Assembly (NCBI GenBank): GCA_016928555.1
Contig: JAFGKM010000021.1
Span: 1-31,496, forward strand
Source: Candidatus Omnitrophota bacterium
GTDB lineage: Bacteria > Ratteibacteria > UBA8468 > B48-G9 > JAFGKM01
DNA: 31,496 nt
Reading direction: 5' to 3'
How positions within the stretch are numbered: the first letter of the stretch is position 1; each line of letters begins with the position of its first letter. This document shows, piece after piece, positions 24,728 through 31,496 of the stretch. The notes under the pieces were generated by a model. The model had not been told where the DNA came from, did not search any database, and saw only the letters and a program-made list of their open reading frames with translations. Made by a program: the position numbers and the translations under genes.

Positions 24728-26413
24728 ATGTTTGATATTGGAAATAAGATTCCTATGCTTTCCAGCATTGAGTTGAATGCGATTTTTCTGCTTGGCTTGA
24801 TTCTCTTTGTCGGCATAATGGGCGCAAGGAGTTTTCAAAAACTCAAATTACCGCAGGTTGTAGGATATATCATAGTAGGAATTATCCTGGGACAGTCCGG
24901 TTTAAATATAATAAATAAAGAGATTATTGAAACCTTTGTACCGTTTAACTATTTCGCGCTGGGAATTATAGGATTCACAATAGGCGGAGAACTCAATACG
25001 GAAGTCTTCCGGCGCTACGGCAGGCAATTTGTAATAATATTATTGGCAGAAGGATTAACGGCTTTCTTCGCGGTGTTTCTTCTTGTGGGCATTCTGGGAA
25101 CATTTATTCTGGGAAACAGCGCATACGCATGGGCTCTCGGGTTATTACTGGGGGCTATTGCCTCCGCCACTGCTCCTGCTGTTACCGCCAATGTCCTCTG
25201 GGAGTACAAGGCTCGCGGGCCCCTGACCACAACAGTTCTGGGGATAGTGGCATTGGATGACGGACTGGCGCTGATATTGTTTGCTCTCGCCAGCAGTATT
25301 GCCGCCGTAATACTGGGAGCCAACCCATCCTTGTCTTCCGCAATATCCCGGGCCGTCTATGAAATCGGAATGGGAATTTCTGTCGGATTGATATTCGGCC
25401 TGGGTCTCATACAGATTCTAAGGAAATATGCGGAAAAAGACAAGATTCTGGTTTTTTCTTTATGCGGCATACTTTTTGCGCTGGGGCTGGCATTGATAAT
25501 GAAGATAGACATGTTATTGGTAGCGATGACTATGGGCGTTATTCTGATAAACAGGGAGCCCCGCTTGAGCAGGGATGTATTTAAATTGGTTTCCGGGTTT
25601 GCAATGCCTTTTTACATACTGTTTTTCGTGCTTGTAGGAGCGAAATTCAATGTGCATACTACAACCGCAAAGGCTATCGCTCTCGTTTTGATTTACCTCT
25701 TAAGCAGGACCGCGGGTAAAATGGCTGGAGCCTCCTTTGGTGCAAAAATTGCAGGCGCGAGCAAAACCGTCCGTAAATATCTGCCTTATTGCCTCTTAGG
25801 CCAGGCAGGCGTTGCTATCGGTCTTTCCATTCTTGCATATCAGCACTTTCCGGGAATGATAGGCAGCTCCATAATTGTCGTAGTAACCCTCGCTACATTT
25901 GTATCCGAGATTTCAGCGCCTCTCTGTGTCAGATATGCCGTTGTCAATGCGCAGGAAGCCGGGTTGAATATAACCGAGGATGATGTGCTTAGCAAAACAA
26001 AGGTCGGCGAGGTGATGGATAAAAACCCTCCAAGGGTATATGAAAACACGCCGATTAAAGATATTCTGGATATTTTCGGCGAAAGCAGTTATCAAACCTA
26101 TCCGGTAGTCAACAGGGGCAATACTTTAAGAGGAATCATTACCATTGAGAGTATAAGGAAAGCATTCGCTTACAGCGAAATGGGGAGACTTATTATTGCC
26201 CATGATATCATGGAACCGGCGGCAACAAGGCGGATATCCACGGATTCTTCCCTTCTGGAAGCTGAAGAGATTATGGATAAGTATGGCGTTGATTATCTGC
26301 CCATTGTCAACGGAAAGTCGATTTTAGAGGGTTTTATGGAAAAACGAGACATACACAGGTTTGTTTCTTCCAGATTAATCAAGGTCAAGGAAGAATTAGA
26401 TTCAAGGGGCTGA
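24728..26413 (+). CDS. Cation:proton antiporter (CPA/Na+-H+ exchanger family) with a C-terminal CBS-domain pair.
   Basis: 561 aa with ~12 TM helices in the first ~400 aa and a Na_H_Exchanger-like pattern. The C-terminus carries two CBS motifs (VGEVMDKNPPRVYENTPIKDILDIF..., HDIMEPAATRRISTDSSLLEAEEIM...). A GAGGA Shine-Dalgarno sequence lies upstream. Confidence 0.8.
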   Translation: MFDIGNKIPMLSSIELNAIFLLGLILFVGIMGARSFQKLKLPQVVGYIIVGIILGQSGLNIINKEIIETFVPFNYFALGIIGFTIGGELNTEVFRRYGRQFVIILLAEGLTAFFAVFLLVGILGTFILGNSAYAWALGLLLGAIASATAPAVTANVLWEYKARGPLTTTVLGIVALDDGLALILFALASSIAAVILGANPSLSSAISRAVYEIGMGISVGLIFGLGLIQILRKYAEKDKILVFSLCGILFALGLALIMKIDMLLVAMTMGVILINREPRLSRDVFKLVSGFAMPFYILFFVLVGAKFNVHTTTAKAIALVLIYLLSRTAGKMAGASFGAKIAGASKTVRKYLPYCLLGQAGVAIGLSILAYQHFPGMIGSSIIVVVTLATFVSEISAPLCVRYAVVNAQEAGLNITEDDVLSKTKVGEVMDKNPPRVYENTPIKDILDIFGESSYQTYPVVNRGNTLRGIITIESIRKAFAYSEMGRLIIAHDIMEPAATRRISTDSSLLEAEEIMDKYGVDYLPIVNGKSILEGFMEKRDIHRFVSSRLIKVKEELDSRG

Positions 26414-26453
26414 TTCCTGCATGGCTCCGGCGTCAGAGAGAAAAAAAACATGA

Positions 26454-27797
26454 CTACATTTCCCAGGGGGGGAACAATAAGCCCAACACCTTTTTAACCG
26501 ACCAGTCCCTCTGCGGCTTAAGCCGTCTTATTACTGCAAGCAGGAAAAAAAGGACCAGGAGCATTATCTGGAAATAGGTGCGATATAAAGGCAGTCCTTC
26601 CAGACCAAATATGCCGAGAATGTACAGAATGCCGCCGCCCAAGAACGCACCGGAGATACCTGCAGCAACTCCCGACAAAATACGCATGATAAGTATGCTG
26701 CCAACCCTGTGAGAATCTTCAACAACATTGAGAAAAGCGTGGCTGAGACAGATAATAATCCCCGTTTTACAAAAGCCGGCGGTGAAAAAGGATAATAGAG
26801 CGGGGACCATGAGAAAGTCAGCCGGGGAGAAGGCCCAGTAAGATGTCACAATAAAAAGCCCTATAACATACAGGATTAAAAGAGACCTTGGCCCTGCCCT
26901 GTCTGCAATAAAGCCGTTTATCGTGGCTGATAAAATTCCGCCTATAAGCAGGAACGCAGAAAATACGAGTACTGTGAAATCCGATACTCCGTAGCCGTTT
27001 TTTACAGATATAATCATAAAGGGAACTATAAGAGTGAAGGCGACAAATCCCGCACACCATGCAAACAAAAGCCTGCGGGTCTTTTCAAATTTCCAGATAC
27101 CGGATAACGAGTAGGACAAAGGCCTCTGCGCCGAAATTCTCGGAGCGCTTGATTCCGGGATGCCTGCAAGTACGGTGCTGGCATAAAACCCTGCAATACA
27201 GCCGCTGATAAGAATCAGCTGGTAAATCCATAAGGCATCGCTGTATTTCAATATAAATGCTATAAGCAGCATGGTAAGCAAGTGTGTAATATTGATTCGC
27301 ATCGTAAATCCGGAAAGGAAAATCCCCCGTTCAGCCGGATCGGTAATTTCGCCCGCCAGCGGCGTGGCAGCAATTGAGCCGATACTGCGAAACAGGGCAA
27401 AGCCGAAAGCCCCTGCCATGATAAGGGTTGTAACTGCCTGCTGCGATACTGCCTTTCCTGCCTGCGGCGCAATGACCATTAAAGATGCCGACACATAGCG
27501 GAAAAACCAGCCGAGCGCCCATGTCTGCGCCAACCCTATACGTGATACCATTGTTTTTCCTGCTACCATGAAGGGCATTGATAAGTGGACAAAAGAGGCC
27601 AGTACCGCAACCGCAGGCGCGCTTAAACCATTACGGATGGCATATAGGATAAGGATGCTTTCAAGCAGGCAGGCCACCGATATACCGTTAAGCAAACCGA
27701 ATTTGAGATATAAACGCCGGCCTTCTGCTTTTTCTTGCAGAGTAAGAGACAAGGCAAAGTTTTTTTCTTTTAAAAAACGGCTTTTGGTTTTTACCAT
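26454..27797 (-). CDS. MFS-like polytopic transporter.
   Basis: 447 aa with ~12 hydrophobic helices in two 6-helix halves. No substrate-specific motif is recognised. Confidence 0.65.
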   Translation of the reverse strand: MVKTKSRFLKEKNFALSLTLQEKAEGRRLYLKFGLLNGISVACLLESILILYAIRNGLSAPAVAVLASFVHLSMPFMVAGKTMVSRIGLAQTWALGWFFRYVSASLMVIAPQAGKAVSQQAVTTLIMAGAFGFALFRSIGSIAATPLAGEITDPAERGIFLSGFTMRINITHLLTMLLIAFILKYSDALWIYQLILISGCIAGFYASTVLAGIPESSAPRISAQRPLSYSLSGIWKFEKTRRLLFAWCAGFVAFTLIVPFMIISVKNGYGVSDFTVLVFSAFLLIGGILSATINGFIADRAGPRSLLILYVIGLFIVTSYWAFSPADFLMVPALLSFFTAGFCKTGIIICLSHAFLNVVEDSHRVGSILIMRILSGVAAGISGAFLGGGILYILGIFGLEGLPLYRTYFQIMLLVLFFLLAVIRRLKPQRDWSVKKVLGLLFPPWEM

Positions 27798-28000
27798 TTA
27801 AATAATGCGGTACATTAATTGAGTTATTTTTTTCGGCGGTTTTTAAAACTTTATTGATGATTGCTTCACGGAATAACAGTATATCACCGTACTCCTGCTT
27901 TGTCTATCTTCTTCCTCTTGCCGCCATATAAAGATGTAACCCGCAGGTATACAAAACAAGAAAAATTTAAACAGCCGGCAGGAAATTCAACATTTTCGTA

Positions 28001-28069
28001 TTCCGCCGCAAAGTTGCCACCCATAACGGTAAGGTTGCCGCCTGAAACGGTGATGGCTTCCGCCGCAAA
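28001..28069 (+). repeat. Nested direct repeats upstream of the nuclease-helicase operon: TTCCGCCGCAAA x2 (28001 and 28058) flanking GTTGCCRCC-N3-AACGGTRA x2.
   Basis: The sequence reads TTCCGCCGCAAA-GTTGCCACC-CATAACGGTAAG-GTTGCCGCC-TGAAACGGTGATGG-CTTCCGCCGCAAA. The repeats are direct, not inverted, and lie 60-130 nt upstream of the ATG at 28130. Confidence 0.6.
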
Positions 28070-28129
28070 TCAGAGCTTGCTTTTAACCTCCCGAGAGATT
28101 AAAATAGACGAAAGGTTTTTCCCAATGAA

Positions 28130-29617
28130 ATGAAAATGAAAAACACACCCTTCCTGTCCAAGAGCAAATATGTAGATGGGCTTAAATGCCTTAAGCTTCT
28201 GTGGTATGAGTATAACCGCAGGGAAGAGATACCGGAGACAGATGACGGGACAACGGCTTTATTTGAGCAGGGCAAAGCCGTCGGAAAGCTGGCGCACAAA
28301 CTCTTTCCCGGAGGAATCCTGCTGGAAAGGGACGCAGAGCCGGAAAAGCAGGCTGAAAAATCCCTGAAAGCCGCCAGCCTCGGAAAACCGCTGTTTGAAG
28401 CGGGGTTTATCTTCAACCGGTTATACGCCCTGGCAGATATCCTTCTACCTGTTTCCGGTGGTGTCTGGGACCTTATAGAAGTTAAAAGCGCAACTTCCGT
28501 CAAAGAAGTATATTGCCGCGATGCGGCATTCCAGAAACATGTATATGAAGGCGCAGGACTGCGTATCCGGAAGTGTTATATTATGTATGTAAATAATCAA
28601 TACGTAAGGCAAGGCGATATAGACCCTGAAAGATTGTTGACCAAAGAAGACATTACAAGACAGGTAGATGCTATTATTCCGTCTGTGGAAGCAAATGCCC
28701 AACAGATGCTTCAGGCTATACGGGAACACACTTGTCCCGATATAAAAATCGGACAGCATTGCAATTCTCCATACCCGTGTCCTCTTGAAAGCGTTTGCCG
28801 GGACTTTCTCCCCCGGGATGGAAATGTTCTTTGCCTGGTTTCGCCCGGAAAAAGGCCGTATGAACTGATAGAAAAAGGAATATACAGCATATCCGATATT
28901 CCCGGTGACGGCGGCCTTAATGAAAAACAGAAAATCCAGGTTGAATGCCATAAGACAGGACAGCCGCATATCAATAAAGGCGGGATAAAGCAATTCCTCA
29001 ATACGCTTAAATACCCCCTGTATTTCCTTGATTTTGAGACCATCGCCCCTGCAATACCCGCCTATGACAACTCAAGGCCGTATGAAACAATCCCCTTTCA
29101 GTATTCCCTGCATATTGTCAGAAAAGAGGGGATGGAGCCGGAGCATCACTCATACCTTGCGCCCGGTAATAAAGACCCGCGGCCCGAGATATTGAAGCGG
29201 TTGAAGCAATTGCTTGGGAATTCCGGTTCTGTCATTGCCTATAACGCCGCATTTGAGAAGACTGCCATGAGGAAGGCTGTTGAAATATATACCGAGTACA
29301 GGGAATGGCTAAAATTGATAGAAGAGCGGGTTATTGACCTGCTGACCCCTTTCCGCAGTTTTCTTTACTACCACCCCTGCCAGGAAGGAAGCGCTTCCAT
29401 CAAAAACGTCCTTCCCGCGATGACAAACTCCGGTTATTCCTATATGGAAATCGCTGAAGGCGGCACGGCAAGCATTGAATATTCCAGAATAACCTTCGGG
29501 GAAGACGTTCCTGAAGAAGAACGGCAGCGCATCCTCTCCGCTCTTGAAAAGTATTGCGCTCTCGATACAAAAGGCATGATAGAAATAGTGGATGAACTAA
29601 GAAAACTATGCAGATAG
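28130..29617 (+). CDS. Two-nuclease-domain protein: N-terminal Cas4/RecB-like PD-(D/E)XK nuclease with a probable 4-Cys Fe-S cluster, plus a C-terminal DUF2779-like RNase H-fold (DEDD-type) exonuclease domain.
   Basis: 495 aa. The N-domain has a D...ExK core (LADILLP...WDLIEVKS) followed by the QxxxY motif (AAFQKHVY), and Cys residues at LKC plus C-x8-C-x5-C-x5-C (CPDIKIGQHCNSPYPCPLESVC). The C-domain carries YFLDFETIA (Exo I-like D/E) and AYNAAFEKT (Exo II-like). The gene's stop overlaps the helicase start by 10 nt. Confidence 0.7.
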   Translation: MKMKNTPFLSKSKYVDGLKCLKLLWYEYNRREEIPETDDGTTALFEQGKAVGKLAHKLFPGGILLERDAEPEKQAEKSLKAASLGKPLFEAGFIFNRLYALADILLPVSGGVWDLIEVKSATSVKEVYCRDAAFQKHVYEGAGLRIRKCYIMYVNNQYVRQGDIDPERLLTKEDITRQVDAIIPSVEANAQQMLQAIREHTCPDIKIGQHCNSPYPCPLESVCRDFLPRDGNVLCLVSPGKRPYELIEKGIYSISDIPGDGGLNEKQKIQVECHKTGQPHINKGGIKQFLNTLKYPLYFLDFETIAPAIPAYDNSRPYETIPFQYSLHIVRKEGMEPEHHSYLAPGNKDPRPEILKRLKQLLGNSGSVIAYNAAFEKTAMRKAVEIYTEYREWLKLIEERVIDLLTPFRSFLYYHPCQEGSASIKNVLPAMTNSGYSYMEIAEGGTASIEYSRITFGEDVPEEERQRILSALEKYCALDTKGMIEIVDELRKLCR

Positions 29618-31143
29618 AGATTACGGAACAATTCCAGCAGGCTATAGACCTTATAGAACATGGCAATAAGAATGTTTTCATTACCGGCAGGGCGGGCACC
29701 GGCAAATCCACTCTTTTAAGATACCTGAGAACTATTACATACAAAAAGGCGGTTGTCCTCGCTCCCACAGGCGTTTCAGCTCTCAACGTGCAGGGGCAGA
29801 CCATCCACTCCTTTTTCCGGTTCAAGCCCGATATTACCCTTGATAAGGTAAAAAAAATAGTCAAAAACCCTGCCGACAATATCTACCAGAAGCTTGACAC
29901 CGTAATCATAGACGAGATATCCATGGTAAGGGCGGATATACTTGATTGCGTTGACAGGTTCATGCGGCTCAACTGCAGCAGGGTCAGCCCGTTCGCAGGC
30001 AAGCAGATGGTATTTTTCGGAGACCCTTACCAACTGCCTCCGGTCATCACCCCGACAGAGAGAAAAATATTCAAGGGCAAGTATTCCTCGGGCTACTTTT
30101 TCTCCGCCGACGTGATGAAGGAGATTTCCTTTGACATAGTGGAACTGGACAGGATATTCCGGCAGACCGACGAGGGTTTCATAAGGATACTCAACAGCAT
30201 AAGAAACAATACGGTTACAGACACGATGCTTGATGAACTTAATACTCGCTGCATGCCTGAATTTGAACCTGATAGAGACAGCTTTTTCATCTCACTTACA
30301 ACAAAAAACGACAAGGCGCTGGCGATGAATGAAAGAAGGCTGGCGAAGCTTCAGGGAAAGGAATACACATTTGAGGCGGAGATTAAGGGGAAGTTTGAGA
30401 AAGCCGCGTATCCCACCGACAAGGTTTTTCGCCTGAAGGAAAACGCACAGGTAATGATGCTTAACAACGACCAGCAGAAACGCTGGGTCAACGGAAGTAT
30501 CGGCAGGATAATCATGGTAGAGCCGGAAGGAGAAACAATCATCGTCCAGTTGCTCGGCGGTAAAACAGTTGACGTGACTCCTTACGAATGGGATATATTC
30601 CGCTACGTCTATGATGAGGATACAGACCAAATTGATACGGAACAGGTAGGCTCTTTCAAACAGTATCCTTTGAGGTTGTCATGGGCGGTGACTATCCATA
30701 AAGCGCAGGGCAAGACATTTGACAATGTGATACTGGACATAGGCGCCGGGGCGTTCACTCCAGGGCAGGTATATGTCGGCTTGAGCAGGTGCGTATCCCT
30801 TGAAGGGCTGGTGCTGAAGAAAAAGATACGGAAACAGGATATCTTCATAGACTGGAACGTGGTGAAGTTCATGACGGGATACAGATACGCCATATCGGAA
30901 AAGGAAATGCCGGTTGAAAAGAAAATAGAGATTATAAAAGATGCCATAAAAAAGAAGAGCGAACTGGAGATAATATACCTGAAAAAGAACGACGAGAAAT
31001 CCATGCGGGTAATCCTGCCGGAATGCGTGGGGAAGATGGAGTTTATGGGTAAGAGCTTTACGGGAATAAGAGCATTTTGCCGCAAGAGCAACGAAGAGAG
31101 AACCTTCCGCGCAGACAGGATTCTGTCTCTCCGGTTGTTATAG
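29608..31143 (+). CDS. PIF1-family SF1B DNA helicase with a C-terminal WYL domain.
   Basis: 511 aa. Walker A is GRAGTGKST and Walker B is DEISMV. The Pif1 signature is FFGDPYQLPPV, followed by RQTDEGFIRILNSIR, and motifs V/VI are TIHKAQGKTFDNV. The C-terminal ~80 aa (LEIIYLKKNDEKSMRVILPE...AFCRKSNEERTFRADRILSLRLL) match the WYL-domain pattern, ending in the F-R-x-D-R-I motif. Confidence 0.9.
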   Translation: MQIEITEQFQQAIDLIEHGNKNVFITGRAGTGKSTLLRYLRTITYKKAVVLAPTGVSALNVQGQTIHSFFRFKPDITLDKVKKIVKNPADNIYQKLDTVIIDEISMVRADILDCVDRFMRLNCSRVSPFAGKQMVFFGDPYQLPPVITPTERKIFKGKYSSGYFFSADVMKEISFDIVELDRIFRQTDEGFIRILNSIRNNTVTDTMLDELNTRCMPEFEPDRDSFFISLTTKNDKALAMNERRLAKLQGKEYTFEAEIKGKFEKAAYPTDKVFRLKENAQVMMLNNDQQKRWVNGSIGRIIMVEPEGETIIVQLLGGKTVDVTPYEWDIFRYVYDEDTDQIDTEQVGSFKQYPLRLSWAVTIHKAQGKTFDNVILDIGAGAFTPGQVYVGLSRCVSLEGLVLKKKIRKQDIFIDWNVVKFMTGYRYAISEKEMPVEKKIEIIKDAIKKKSELEIIYLKKNDEKSMRVILPECVGKMEFMGKSFTGIRAFCRKSNEERTFRADRILSLRLL

Positions 31144-31443
31144 AGGTTTGTTTCTCTCAACGGATTATATTAATATCCCTTTTGTCCGAATCTCTCCAGG
31201 GGCTTCTCCATCCAGCAATAGACCTCTTCCCGCTTTTGAAGAAATTCCGCAATATTCCCATTCTATCCCCCTCGGAATTCATTCAAGCGGTCAATATATG
31301 ACCAATTCCAGTTCCACCGCTCCCTTTCTAAAAAAAGTCAACAAGGTCCCTCTCAGTTTCTGAATAGATTTGTCACACTTCCAAGACTCACAGAATGAAC
31401 CTTCAGACTTGGAAACGGCGGAAAGCCCTGTGGCTGTGGGGAG

Positions 31444-31496
31444 TGCGAGGGGGGGGAGTTGAACCCCCATGCCTTGCGGCACTGGATCCTAAGTCC
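31444..31496 (-). tRNA. tRNA-Leu (anticodon UAG), 3' portion only. The gene continues beyond the window end.
   Basis: The reverse strand reads ..GGACUUAGGAUCCAG, with anticodon loop CUUAGGA (U33, UAG, G37). A long variable arm (UGCCGCAAGGCAU, class II tRNA) follows, then the T-arm GGGGG-UUCAACU-CCCCC, the acceptor 3' strand CCCUCGC, and discriminator A. CCA is not encoded. Confidence 0.65.

Noticed and set aside
27861-28133. 90-aa + strand ORF in the divergent intergenic region upstream of the nuclease gene
   Set aside because: It has no Shine-Dalgarno sequence and low-complexity sequence. It spans the direct-repeat array, which is better explained as regulatory DNA. I could not exclude a small protein, but the evidence is poor.
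31379-31416. Hairpin TTCCAAGaCT-N16-AGtCTTGGAA downstream of the tRNA as an intrinsic terminator
   Set aside because: The stem has a mismatch, the loop is 16 nt, and no U-tract follows on the transcribed (minus) strand. It is noted only as possible island-junction structure.
1-31496. CRISPR arrays, IS elements, integrase and rRNA
   Set aside because: Reading both strands found no regularly spaced short direct repeats. No transposase or integrase-like ORF and no rRNA-like segment were found either. The only tandem repeats are the 45-bp coding repeat and the short upstream-region repeats reported above.

Overview
This is a 31.5-kb bacterial chromosomal window with about 34 protein genes densely packed on both strands, a partial tRNA-Leu(UAG) gene at the 3' edge, and no rRNA, CRISPR array or transposase. 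The gene content (ferredoxins, a RACo-like reductive activator, a VIT iron exporter) suggests an anaerobic, probably uncultivated, bacterium; that lineage call is inference.

Window contents, in order:
- hemW(partial)-lepA, a housekeeping pair with overlapping stop/start.
- A large protein fusing a degenerate KaiC/RecA-like domain to a PEP/pyruvate-binding (PPDK_N) ATP-grasp domain, divergent from an HMGL-like DRE-TIM aldolase.
- Several envelope proteins: DUF3300 (secreted), a Met/Gln-rich tandem-repeat protein, a polytopic membrane protein, SPFH/band-7, VanX-like D-Ala-D-Ala dipeptidase, and a TPM-TPM-double-zinc-ribbon operon.
- An AbiEi/AbiEii (type IV toxin-antitoxin / abortive-infection) locus whose toxin gene is truncated and frameshifted.
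- A lexA-smallORF-dinB SOS operon with a perfect palindrome in the lexA promoter region.
- A 5-kb redox operon: RACo-like 2Fe-2S/ASKHA ATPase, FAD disulfide reductase, ferredoxin, Trx-like/Grx fusion, orphan GroES and a SAM methyltransferase. It is divergently paired with an ArsR-family regulator and a ferredoxin carrying an RGG tail.
- A CPA-family cation/H+ antiporter with a C-terminal CBS pair behind a 370-bp leader, and a convergent MFS-like transporter.

The best candidate for an undescribed system is a translationally coupled two-gene module next to the tRNA-Leu. Its first gene encodes a Cas4/RecB-like PD-(D/E)XK nuclease (probably carrying a 4-Cys Fe-S cluster) fused to a DUF2779/DEDD-like exonuclease domain. 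The second encodes a PIF1-family SF1B helicase with a C-terminal WYL domain. The module is preceded by nested direct repeats. This Dna2-like nuclease-helicase arrangement could be a defense or DNA-end-processing system.
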